Virus record (IMG/VR): IMGVR_UViG_3300025896_000028
DNA length: 64,000 nt
From: a virus
Reading direction: 5' to 3' (one strand)
The notes under the pieces: generated by a model
What the model saw: the letters and a program-made list of their open reading frames with translations, nothing else
Databases searched by the model: none
What the model was told of the DNA's origin: nothing
Made by a program: the position numbers and the translations under genes
Shown: positions 28,554-36,652 of the stretch, in pieces
Layout of the letters: each line of letters begins with the position of its first letter
How positions within the stretch are numbered: position 1 is the stretch's first letter

Positions 28554-28841
28554 TTGCAAAAACACTTGCATATTAAATAAAAAGGTAGTACCTTTGTAAT
28601 ATAATTACGCATAGAAAGATAAACAAGTAAGTGCCATACAGCTATGGAGACAAAATATGGGAAGTGAAAGACCCCATACCTTACAACACAACAAGAAGTG
28701 TTATGTTTGTTGAGTATGATAATGAAAGGGTAGTCAGAATAACTAAAGTATTTTTGCAAGAGGAAATAGTTATAGGGGTTCAACTCCCCCATACGCCAAG
28801 TGCTGGGGTATGAGACAGATTTATCCCAATCTTGATGGATG

Positions 28842-28935
28842 TGTGATTAACGGAGAAGCTTTGGATGGAAGTTGGGTTCGAGTCCCAAGGAAGGTCATGG
28901 CTGATAGCTTAGCGGCTTGTAGAGGTTCGAATCCT
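28842..28935 (+). tRNA. tRNA-like element (~94 nt, isotype unresolved)
   Basis: Perfect 7-bp acceptor ggagaag/cttctcc; T-arm agagg-ttcgaat-cctct. Contains an internal hairpin ttggg-ttcgagt-cccaa whose loop would present CGA. D-region is non-canonical. Confidence 0.35.
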
Positions 28936-29374
28936 CTCTTCTCCACGCTACTTTAGTCAGTTTATGAACTGGCACTTGCAGTGGGATTCTGCACATGATG
29001 ATTTTTTTGTTCGAGGTTAACAGATAGTGGAACCACCATTAATGCCAGTAAGGTCTGGCGTGTGACACAAGGCTTAGCGGCTGGGAGTGTAATCAAAACC
29101 AATTAGACTTGGTATGTCTATCCACTATTAGTCAATTACAAATGGCGTATGTTAATTAAGAGGTAGCACTGGCAACTATGCCGTAAATAGTAGGGAGTAC
29201 AAGTTCCTAAAGAGATGAAGCAGATGCAATATTCTCGTGCATGTACGCTACTCACCGATTTGTATAGGTGACAAGAATTAGATAAGTGGTGGAAAAGCTA
29301 AGCTGACTTCATTAGAAGTGGTGGTTCTGGGAGAATCTTAAATTAGTAGACACATAACGGCTTGGAGCAATTGG

Positions 29375-29445
29375 GGATAGCTCGTTAAACACTCAATCCG
29401 AGCGTGGCTAGCTTGGCGGTGCAAGTTCAAATCTTGCCTTATCTA
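29375..29445 (+). tRNA. tRNA-like element (~71 nt)
   Basis: T-arm gcaag-ttcaaat-cttgc; acceptor ggatagc/cttatct pairs at 6 of 7 positions; weak D-arm. Confidence 0.3.
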
Positions 29446-29482
29446 CTAAAACTGGTGACAGAGTAAGCTGAACACACATAGT

Positions 29483-29806
29483 ATGAAACTAAAAAGAGAA
29501 AATGTTTTCCCATGGGAAAATGCTATTAATGACCTTCTTTACGAAATGGAAGGTAATGAAGATTATTTAAAAGGTGCTGAAGATTTTTTAAAACTTTTAA
29601 ATGATAAAAGACTATTAAATAGTAAATATCAAATTGGCGATTTAGTCAAGATTAATTTCGGTGATACTGGAACAATTAAAAATTGTAAAGTCATAAAAGT
29701 ACATTTTACACATGATAAAATATTATATGATGTTACAGTTCAACTTAATGTGACACACATCACTAGACTATACAACATTGACAGCGTTTTCGTTGTCGGA
29801 AAATAA
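29483..29806 (+). CDS. hypothetical protein embedded in the RNA-gene region
   Basis: 107-aa ORF with an ATG start between tRNA-like elements. Confidence 0.45.
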   Translation: MKLKRENVFPWENAINDLLYEMEGNEDYLKGAEDFLKLLNDKRLLNSKYQIGDLVKINFGDTGTIKNCKVIKVHFTHDKILYDVTVQLNVTHITRLYNIDSVFVVGK

Positions 29807-30158
29807 AAACCGTTCGTAAGGAAGAATGATTGGAAGTTCTTTTGTTTGAAATGTTAGTTTTTAATTTGAGGGGTACGTAACCCGATAACAAGGTTCCTAG
29901 CATTAGAAAGAAAAGTATTCGCTGGTGGTCATAAGCCAGAGATTGTGGGTTCGAGTCCCATCCTTACCACAAGTCGCTTTGATGTTCCACTATGGAGAGC
30001 AGTTTGGATAGTTATGAAACTGGTAGCAGAATAGAGGTTTTAAAAGTTTAACCATAATAAAGCACGGCTTATTCCCAAAGAAAGGGGTTTCCTAGCCTAA
30101 TACAGAAACAAAAATAACATGAGGGTGTGTTAACCGAGGCTAAAGGTAGCACCCAAAT

Positions 30159-30362
30159 GGTTAGATGGCAGAATGGAATTGCTAATTAACAAGGTTAAGT
30201 AATGGGTTGCCGATGAGATGAGTTAGTGGACAAGTCGTGTAAACAGGTGTAACATTCATCAACCCAATAAAAGTCGTAATAATAATAAAACCTTATGTCC
30301 CAGTCAAATGGTGTCGACTAAGCGACTATAATTACACACAGGTTCGATTCCTGTTCTAACCA
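30159..30362 (+). tRNA. tRNA-like element with a ~130-nt insertion between D-arm and T-arm (candidate intron-containing tRNA)
   Basis: Perfect acceptor ggttaga/tctaacc; U8; canonical D-arm gcag-aatggaa-ttgc; candidate anticodon stem aatta/taatt flanking the insertion; T-arm acagg-ttcgatt-cctgt; ends ..ACCA. Confidence 0.35.
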
Positions 30363-30594
30363 CGAAGCCTGTTCGAGAGGTAAATCTAAGCGTAATCCTC
30401 TGACGTATAAGGTGCTTAGCTGATTGAGAAGCAGTCTTGGACAATGTGTCTGAAAATATCTTGACTATTCGGAAAGACGAAGATTACTACTTGACATGAG
30501 GCGTTAGCGACACCGAGAGTAGGGTAACAAAGAAAGACGCTCCGTGATGCTAATGATTCGGATATATGTTACTCGTTGCTGGTAGTAATCAAAT

Positions 30595-30668
30595 GGGAGT
30601 ATAGTACAATAGTATAGTATAAAGCGGCTGTAGCTGCGAGAACACGGGTTAGAGTCCCGTTACTTCCA
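30595..30668 (+). tRNA. tRNA-like element (74 nt), anticodon arm non-canonical
   Basis: Acceptor gggagta/tacttcc (7 bp including one GU); D-stem gtac/gtat; T-arm acggg-ttagagt-cccgt; discriminator A. The anticodon position is occupied by a gcggc-tgta-gctgc tetraloop hairpin. Confidence 0.4.
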
Positions 30669-30781
30669 CAAGAAATCCAACGGTTAAGCCCTATGGTCAC
30701 TGTACACAAACTATGGTAATTGGCAATGACGATGTGCACTCTTCATACTGCAATGGTTGACACTAGGAAAGACTAGAAACT

Positions 30782-30880
30782 GCGAGAGTGGCGAAGTTGG
30801 TAAACGCTAAGGTCTTTAGCCCGAAGTACAAGGGAACAACTAGGGACGTGGTGTCGGTGGTTCGAGTCCACCCTCTCGCA
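30782..30880 (+). tRNA. tRNA-like element (~99 nt), possibly type II or intron-containing
   Basis: Perfect acceptor gcgagag/ctctcgc; 3-bp D-stem gcg/cgc with an 11-nt loop; T-arm ggtgg-ttcgagt-ccacc; discriminator A. 48 nt lie between the D-arm and T-arm. Confidence 0.45.
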
Positions 30881-30977
30881 CAAAATTGGGGAATAGCAAC
30901 ATGAAGGTCGGCAAACTTTCAGACGGTTATAATCCTTTCTATCACGTTTAGCTTTGCCGAGCGACATGGTGATAGTT

Positions 30978-31048
30978 GATTCATTAGTGGAGTGGAACCA
31001 CGGGGGGCGTTGAGCCCGCAGACACTGGTTCGAATCCAGTATGAGTTT
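30978..31048 (+). tRNA. tRNA-like element (~71 nt)
   Basis: Acceptor gattcat/atgagtt (2 GU pairs); D-arm gtgg-agtggaa-ccac; T-arm actgg-ttcgaat-ccagt; weak anticodon stem with loop ttgagcc (possible GAG). Confidence 0.35.
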
Positions 31049-31156
31049 CTAGGTTATACTATTAAAGCGACATTGGTTGAGTAGTCCAGTGAGGGCACAC
31101 ATTAACAGTTTTAGCGAAAGGCTAAGGTGATAGACCACCATATAGTATAACCGAAT

Positions 31157-31255
31157 ATATAGCTAGCTCAGTGGTAGAGTGCCGAAATGGGAGCACATCG
31201 GAAGATGCAGTACCAATCGCTTGCGGAGATGGGGGTTCGATTCCCTCGCTATGTA
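31157..31255 (+). tRNA. tRNA-like element (~99 nt)
   Basis: Acceptor atatagc/gctatgt; D-arm gctc-agtggta-gagt; T-arm ggggg-ttcgatt-ccctc; 49 nt lie between the D-arm and T-arm. Confidence 0.45.
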
Positions 31256-31272
31256 CTAAAAAAGAATACAAT

Positions 31273-31968
31273 ATGAAGATAGTAGCACTAGGTGATACAC
31301 ATGGTCGTGTATTATGGGAAGAAATCGTGAAAAAAAATAAGGATGCTGATAAAATTATCTTCATAGGTGACTATTTTGATACTCATTACGATATAACTAC
31401 TGACCAACAGATAGAAAACTTCACAAAAATTTTAGAATTCAAGAAAAATAACATGGAACAAGTAGTTTTACTTCTTGGTAACCATGATTTTCACTATTTA
31501 AAAGGTGCTGGTGAGAAATATTCTGGTCATGATACCTTCAGAGCGTTAGATATTAACATAGTTTTGCAACCCGCAGTCGATTCTGGACTAATTCAGATGT
31601 GTTTTAAACATGACAAATACGTTTTTACACATGCTGGGGTAACAAAAACATGGTGTTTACGCAATGGAATCAAAACAAATGACCTAGAAAAGGAGATAAA
31701 TGATAAATTTACTACTGAATTAGATTCATTTTGCTTTGCATATGGACAAAATATGAGTAGAACAGGTAATGATGTGACTCAATCACCTATATGGGTGCGT
31801 ATTCCATCACTATTTGCTGATGCTATTGACGATATTACCTATGTAATAGGGCATACTACACAAGAAAGTATCGTAATTACTGATAAAATCATAGCTATAG
31901 ACACTATAGGTACTAGTGGGGAATACCTAGTAATAGAAAATAATGTACCCACACCAGAAAAACTTTAG
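31273..31968 (+). CDS. calcineurin-like metallophosphoesterase
   Basis: IVALGDTHGR, FIGDYFD and LLGNHDFHY motifs. The track's 5' extension (31171) overlaps the tRNA-like element, so the start is re-set to the ATG at ~31273. Confidence 0.7.
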   Translation: MKIVALGDTHGRVLWEEIVKKNKDADKIIFIGDYFDTHYDITTDQQIENFTKILEFKKNNMEQVVLLLGNHDFHYLKGAGEKYSGHDTFRALDINIVLQPAVDSGLIQMCFKHDKYVFTHAGVTKTWCLRNGIKTNDLEKEINDKFTTELDSFCFAYGQNMSRTGNDVTQSPIWVRIPSLFADAIDDITYVIGHTTQESIVITDKIIAIDTIGTSGEYLVIENNVPTPEKL

Positions 31969-32000
31969 GATATTAACTAAATTAATCGTACCTTTGCACT

Positions 32001-32444
32001 ATGAAATCAATAACGAAAAACAAACGAGCATATTTTGAATACAATATACTCGAAAAGCACATAGCTGGTATTCAACTACAAGGTTCCGAGGTCAAATCAA
32101 TAAAATCAAGCAAGGTTTCTATAGTGGAAGCCTATTGTTTTATTACCAATGATGAAATCTTTATCAAAGGAATGCACGTAACCGAACACAAAGAAGGTGG
32201 CAAGTACTACAACCATCAACCGCTAAGGGATAGAAAGCTTCTTATGAAAAAGAAAGAAATAATCAAGCTACGTGAAAGTATTTCACAAAAAGGCTTGACT
32301 ATTGTGCCATTGGAGATTATACTATCAAACACTGGATTCATTAAATTGGAAATTGGTCTTGCCAAAGGTAAGCACCTATACGACAAACGCAATAGTTTGA
32401 AAGAGAAAGACTTAAAAAGAGAAGTTGAAAGAAACTTAGATTAA
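32001..32444 (+). CDS. smpB: SsrA-binding protein SmpB homolog
   Basis: NKRAYFEYNILEKHIAGIQLQGSEVKSIK.., ..RDRKLLMKKKEI.., ..LEIGLAKGKHLYDKR.. align with bacterial SmpB. TAccTTTG motif at ~31990. Confidence 0.85.
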   Translation: MKSITKNKRAYFEYNILEKHIAGIQLQGSEVKSIKSSKVSIVEAYCFITNDEIFIKGMHVTEHKEGGKYYNHQPLRDRKLLMKKKEIIKLRESISQKGLTIVPLEIILSNTGFIKLEIGLAKGKHLYDKRNSLKEKDLKREVERNLD

Positions 32445-32537
32445 TTAGGATAATAAGAAGATTATTCCTACCGTCCTGTGGCTATACGAGGTTGTTGCCG
32501 AATTAAAAACCGACCTCACAAACTAATATTTAAAATT

Positions 32538-32831
32538 ATGACTGATATTTCAAAAAATACCGAATTGCAACAATCTTGTATAACCGCTGTTATGAACTGG
32601 ATTTCTTGCGATGAAAGATTACCAATGTGTTACAGTACAGGAAACTGGGACGGAAAAAAAAGCGATAATTTTATTGGTGAAACAATTACAGGAAAACAAT
32701 TTATAGGCTGTTGTTACGAGGGAACGATGGACGGTTCTAAATTCTTTGATTGGTATCAAATAGATGAATTGAATAACAATGATTGGACGATTAATGAAAC
32801 TGTTTCTCGTTGGTTACCAATTCCGTTTTAA
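32538..32831 (+). CDS. DUF551-like phage protein
   Basis: C-terminal ..WTINETVSRWLPIPF resembles the DUF551 tail W..W.PLP. Start re-set to the internal ATG (MTDISKN). Confidence 0.35.
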   Translation: MTDISKNTELQQSCITAVMNWISCDERLPMCYSTGNWDGKKSDNFIGETITGKQFIGCCYEGTMDGSKFFDWYQIDELNNNDWTINETVSRWLPIPF

Positions 32832-32900
32832 TCTAGTTCATAACTTTACACTTAAACATTAAATACTTAAACATTAAACAACTAAACCCCAAATTTTTTT

Positions 32901-33785
32901 ATGAGACAATTTAAAATTGCACAGAAGTACACAAACACTGAGAACGATTCATTTAAACAATACTTAAAAGACATATCTGGTATTCCTATGTTCACACCAG
33001 AGGAAGAAAAGATATGCACTGAAAAAGCTAGTAAAGGTGATAGAAAAGCGATTGACGAATTGGTGCGTAGAAACCTACGTTTCGTAGTATCGGTTGCGAA
33101 GCAATATGCAACTGAAAATGTTCACTTGGAAGACTTGGTTAACGAAGGTAACATTGGGTTGGTATTGGCGGCTGAGAAGTTCACACCAGATATGGGTTAC
33201 AAATTTATTTCATACGCTGTATGGTGGGTTAGAAAAATCATAATGGAACATATTACCAAGTATGGTAAATTGGTTCGTATTCCAGCAAACAAGGTTAACA
33301 ACTTGTCTAAGTTGGATAAGTATATCCAAGAGTTGGAACAAAAAGCTGGTCGTAGTGTTGACATCAACGAAGTTATTAGTGAGTTCGGTAACGAGTTATC
33401 TAGCGAAGACTTTATGTTCTTAGATGTATTGAATACATACAACATGGATTCAATGGACCGAACAATTGGAACTGATGATGGTGGTAATGGTTCTATGTTA
33501 TCAGACTTAATCTCTGATGATTCAACATATAAAGCTACAGACCATTTATTGAATCAACAAGATATTCAATCAGAGATTGCGGCTAGCCTAGATATCTTGA
33601 AGCCAAGAGATAAACGTATCATGGAAGCATTGTTCGGGTTGAATGGGGCAATACCAATGACCTTGAAAGAGATTGGTGATGAAGTTGGTATCACACGTGA
33701 AATGGCTCGTCAAGTTAAAGAGAAATCACTTAAGAAATTAAGACAAAATGCTAGAGTAAATTTAGCTTACAATGAATTGAACTAA
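32901..33785 (+). CDS. sigma-70 family RNA polymerase sigma factor (regions 2-4)
   Basis: Region 2 RRNLRFVVSVAKQY, region 2.4 YAVWWVRKIIMEHI, region 4 HTH LKEIGDEVGITREMARQVKEKSLKKLR. Confidence 0.8.
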   Translation: MRQFKIAQKYTNTENDSFKQYLKDISGIPMFTPEEEKICTEKASKGDRKAIDELVRRNLRFVVSVAKQYATENVHLEDLVNEGNIGLVLAAEKFTPDMGYKFISYAVWWVRKIIMEHITKYGKLVRIPANKVNNLSKLDKYIQELEQKAGRSVDINEVISEFGNELSSEDFMFLDVLNTYNMDSMDRTIGTDDGGNGSMLSDLISDDSTYKATDHLLNQQDIQSEIAASLDILKPRDKRIMEALFGLNGAIPMTLKEIGDEVGITREMARQVKEKSLKKLRQNARVNLAYNELN

Positions 33786-34081
33786 TGGACATTGTAAAAC
33801 ATAACGTAATGCTTGTGAAGGTTTATATTCGCAAGCATTATAAAGTTTATAGGATATACCCGTTTACCGATGACATTTCAAATGGTTATCGAAGCTTTAG
33901 TATTTTTAGCTATGAGGAAAAGTGTGAAGTCAATAACTTTAACGTCTACAATTTATTGAATAAATTATTTGGTGTTGAAGATACGATAGTTGCAGCAGCC
34001 TTCAAAGAAATATGTAACGAGGAAATATTAAAATTACAATCCACGCAATTAAAAATAGACTATGAAGGAGATAGTATCTAA
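33785..34081 (+). CDS. hypothetical protein
   Basis: ORF in operon context; no recognisable motif. Confidence 0.4.
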   Translation: MDIVKHNVMLVKVYIRKHYKVYRIYPFTDDISNGYRSFSIFSYEEKCEVNNFNVYNLLNKLFGVEDTIVAAAFKEICNEEILKLQSTQLKIDYEGDSI

Positions 34082-34400
34082 ATTTTTAGAAGACCAATAT
34101 CGATTTACGTTATCAACGTATTCATCTTATATGTTACAGGATAGATATACAAAACAAGATGTATATCTTAGGACTGTATTTGAAAACCTTAAAACTATTT
34201 TTGGTGTTGAGGACGATGAACTACAAGACATCTGGGATTTCTGGGCCGATAAAAAGATTATTGAATTGAATAACCGTATCACGGATATTCGATACAAGGT
34301 TTTTGAGATTACAGGTCATGATGTTGAAGTTGGAATCAACGAAATCAATGCGGCTTTAAGCAAGGACGACCTAGAACAAATAATAAGGATGAATGAATAA
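34062..34400 (+). CDS. hypothetical protein
   Basis: ORF in operon context; no recognisable motif. Confidence 0.4.
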   Translation: MKEIVSKFLEDQYRFTLSTYSSYMLQDRYTKQDVYLRTVFENLKTIFGVEDDELQDIWDFWADKKIIELNNRITDIRYKVFEITGHDVEVGINEINAALSKDDLEQIIRMNE

Positions 34401-34475
34401 GTCATGTACACAAATGTGTACATAGAGGTTGTCTTTTATTGAAAAACTAGATATTTATATTAAAAGAAATACGTC

Positions 34476-34841
34476 ATGATAAAAACATTTATAAAACAAG
34501 CTTTGAGAGAAAACTTATTCAAACGCTTGGCAGAGAAAAGTAAAAATACGCCAGAGCCTAAATCTGATGATGAAGAAACTAGCAAAGAATATGGTGAGCT
34601 TTCACCAAAAGAGAAAAAGAAAGTAGATACTCAAACCATTGAGATTAGACAAGCTGTTGGTCCTGGGAAATCCCTTAAGATTTCTCAAGCCATTGAAGAC
34701 GCTAACTTAGGTTCGGCAACAGATGCCAGTGCGAGAGGTAAATTCACACAGAAAATCTTCGGTAGAAATGATAGACATCTTTCACCAAAAGAGGCAGCCG
34801 CTCTTAGTAAGGTAACTAAGAATCCTGGTGCTTATAACTAA
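34476..34841 (+). CDS. hypothetical Lys/Glu-rich protein
   Basis: ORF followed by a terminator. Confidence 0.45.
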   Translation: MIKTFIKQALRENLFKRLAEKSKNTPEPKSDDEETSKEYGELSPKEKKKVDTQTIEIRQAVGPGKSLKISQAIEDANLGSATDASARGKFTQKIFGRNDRHLSPKEAAALSKVTKNPGAYN

Positions 34842-34849
34842 TACACACT

Positions 34850-34880
34850 AACCCCGACACTGTTCGGGGTTTTTTATTTC
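34850..34880 (+). terminator. rho-independent terminator
   Basis: accccgacactgttcggggt followed by tttttattt. Confidence 0.65.
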
Positions 34881-34952
34881 TGAGTCTTTTTTTCTATCAT
34901 AGTTTATCATTTTATAAGTTAACGGTGATTACTGCCGATATAAACGATTTTC

Positions 34953-35408
34953 TTAAATTAAATGATATAGATTTTTATTTAGTTTATAAATTTTATTAGC
35001 TTCTTCTTCAGTATCAAAATAACCAATGTGTTTTTTAACATTATTTACGGTTATTTGTACGTGCCATTTTTTTATATTTTTATGATAATAAAAACCTTTA
35101 CCTTTAGTGTTCCACATATTTTGACCACGAGTCACACTTCTTAAATTATCGATTCTATTATCTGAACGTATTCTATTTATATGGTCTATTTCTTCAACAC
35201 ATTCCTTATTAACCCAATACCATGCAAAGATATGACCTTTTAAATAATATCTCTTTTTTTCATAATTGAAGTTTATTTCGAAATATCCTCTACCGTCCAT
35301 ATTTTTTAAAACACCACCTCTAACACCATAAATAATTCCAGTTTCTGGGTTGTAGGTAAAACCTTTATCTATAACTATTTTACACTTTTCTTCTTTTGTC
35401 ATATACAA
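34953..35408 (-). CDS. HNH homing endonuclease (free-standing)
   Basis: Only convincing minus-strand gene. GYFEINFNYEKKRYYLKGHIFAWYWVNKECVEEIDHINRIRSDNRIDNLRSVTRGQN is an HNH_3/NUMOD-like motif. Confidence 0.75.
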   Translation of the reverse strand: MYMTKEEKCKIVIDKGFTYNPETGIIYGVRGGVLKNMDGRGYFEINFNYEKKRYYLKGHIFAWYWVNKECVEEIDHINRIRSDNRIDNLRSVTRGQNMWNTKGKGFYYHKNIKKWHVQITVNNVKKHIGYFDTEEEANKIYKLNKNLYHLI

Positions 35409-35627
35409 ATATAGTTAAAAAAATAAAATAGTCAACACGTAAACCCAATCACCGTATTTGGTGTTGGGTCGCATGGCTTTGGTTGTAGTTGGTTAGACTA
35501 CAAGTTTTATGTAAGTTCTGCAAAGGTATAACAAACTTTTTTAATATGCAAGTAAAATTTACCATTTTTTATTTGGTACATTCAAATATTATATGTACCT
35601 TTGTCTTTTAATTTAATAAAGAATAAA

Positions 35628-35834
35628 ATGAAAGCAAATGGAAATTATTTACCTTGGGAATCTGGATATTATGAAAGTTCTGGTTCATATAAAAAAAGTA
35701 ATGGGGAATTAATACTTTGTTATACTTATTATTTTTCTGGAAAAGCAGAACAAATAGAAACTAAATTTCCAATAGATTGTGCTAAATTAAATGAAGAAAT
35801 AGAAAAAAGATGTAATTTAAAATTAATAAAATGA
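35628..35834 (+). CDS. hypothetical protein
   Basis: Track start 35601 is a TTG inside the promoter motif; the downstream ATG (MKANGNYLPW) is preferred. Confidence 0.4.
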   Translation: MKANGNYLPWESGYYESSGSYKKSNGELILCYTYYFSGKAEQIETKFPIDCAKLNEEIEKRCNLKLIK

Positions 35835-36232
35835 CGAAAGAAATCCAACTACTTACAAGAGCGAAAAAAACGATTGTAGAAGAAGTTAAAGAAACTATCA
35901 ACCTAGAGTATCCGACACAAGACAAGTTTTACAAAAGAAATGACGATGGTGCCTTTTTTGCTAGAGGTGTTATCTTATTTGGTATTCTTGTAAAATACTC
36001 GACTACTTTTTTACTTTTTGAAGTTGAAAGAGGAAAGCAATTCTACACTGATTTTGTACCGACTAAAGATTGTAGACAAGATTACTGGCTTTCTGATACC
36101 AATGATATTAGACGAACAGCCTTAGATATTATGCGTGGTAAAGACCGTGAATTTGTTGAAATAACCAAAGAAGAATTTATCGCAGAAAGAGAACGTTTAT
36201 TAAACGAACCATTTGATGAAGATTTTTTCTAG
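35831..36232 (+). CDS. hypothetical protein
   Basis: ORF in operon context; no recognisable motif. Confidence 0.45.
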   Translation: MTKEIQLLTRAKKTIVEEVKETINLEYPTQDKFYKRNDDGAFFARGVILFGILVKYSTTFLLFEVERGKQFYTDFVPTKDCRQDYWLSDTNDIRRTALDIMRGKDREFVEITKEEFIAERERLLNEPFDEDFF

Positions 36233-36296
36233 GATTTATTTGGTAGATTAAAATATTATCATTACCTTTGCATTCTAATCATTAACACTAACCATT

Positions 36297-36650
36297 ATGA
36301 GCAATCAAATTAGCATCGTTACTAACTTTATTAAAGAGTACGAAAACATTGAAGCATTATTAGAAGTTTCCAGAGTAGAACAAAGCAAATTAGACTGTGA
36401 ACTTTCTGAATTTTACCATAACTTAGAAGGAACCAAGTTAGGTGCTATCTATAAGTCACACGAGAAATTAAAATACTTACAAGTTTTGTTAGCAAAACGC
36501 AGAGAGAACAAATTAGACGTTATTATATTGAGTTCTACTTGTGATACTCTTAGAGCATCAATCAAAGCATTGAAGCTATCAAACACTAAGCGTTTGGCTA
36601 GACATGATGAAGTATTGGTAGAGATTAAAGAACGAGCAATAAAAGATTAA
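36297..36650 (+). CDS. hypothetical protein
   Basis: ttacctttgc motif ~30 nt upstream. Confidence 0.45.
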   Translation: MSNQISIVTNFIKEYENIEALLEVSRVEQSKLDCELSEFYHNLEGTKLGAIYKSHEKLKYLQVLLAKRRENKLDVIILSSTCDTLRASIKALKLSNTKRLARHDEVLVEIKERAIKD

Positions 36651-36652
36651 TT

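Noticed and set aside
28631-28813. 60-aa ORF at the left edge of the RNA cluster, and minus-strand ORFs 30773..30967 and 31122..31364
   Set aside because: They overlap T-arm or acceptor sequences of tRNA-like elements in a GC-elevated non-coding block, with no start context. Treated as RNA sequence, not CDS.
28862-28886. Stand-alone tRNA ending at the first T-arm-like hairpin ttggg-ttcgagt-cccaa
   Set aside because: No complementary 5' acceptor strand exists at tRNA distance. The hairpin sits inside the larger element 28842..28935, whose ends pair perfectly.
29945-29969. T-arm gtggg-ttcgagt-cccat with 3' end ..ccttacca
   Set aside because: I could not find a convincing 5' half. The only perfect 7-nt complement (gtaagga at ~29816) would make a 153-nt element without U8 or a canonical D-arm. 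Left as an orphan 3' tRNA-like fragment pending tRNAscan or Infernal.
29970-30340. tmRNA (partner for SmpB) in the ORF-free RNA region
   Set aside because: No reading frame ending in a hydrophobic Ala-Ala-stop tag was found. The only near-candidate (..E R G F L A stop near 30080) lacks tag-like character and flanking pseudoknot signatures. Not called.
31171-31272. 5' extension of the phosphoesterase ORF in the track
   Set aside because: It would translate through the tRNA-like element at 31157..31255. The conserved metallophosphoesterase N-terminus (MKIVALGDTHG) starts at the ATG at ~31273.
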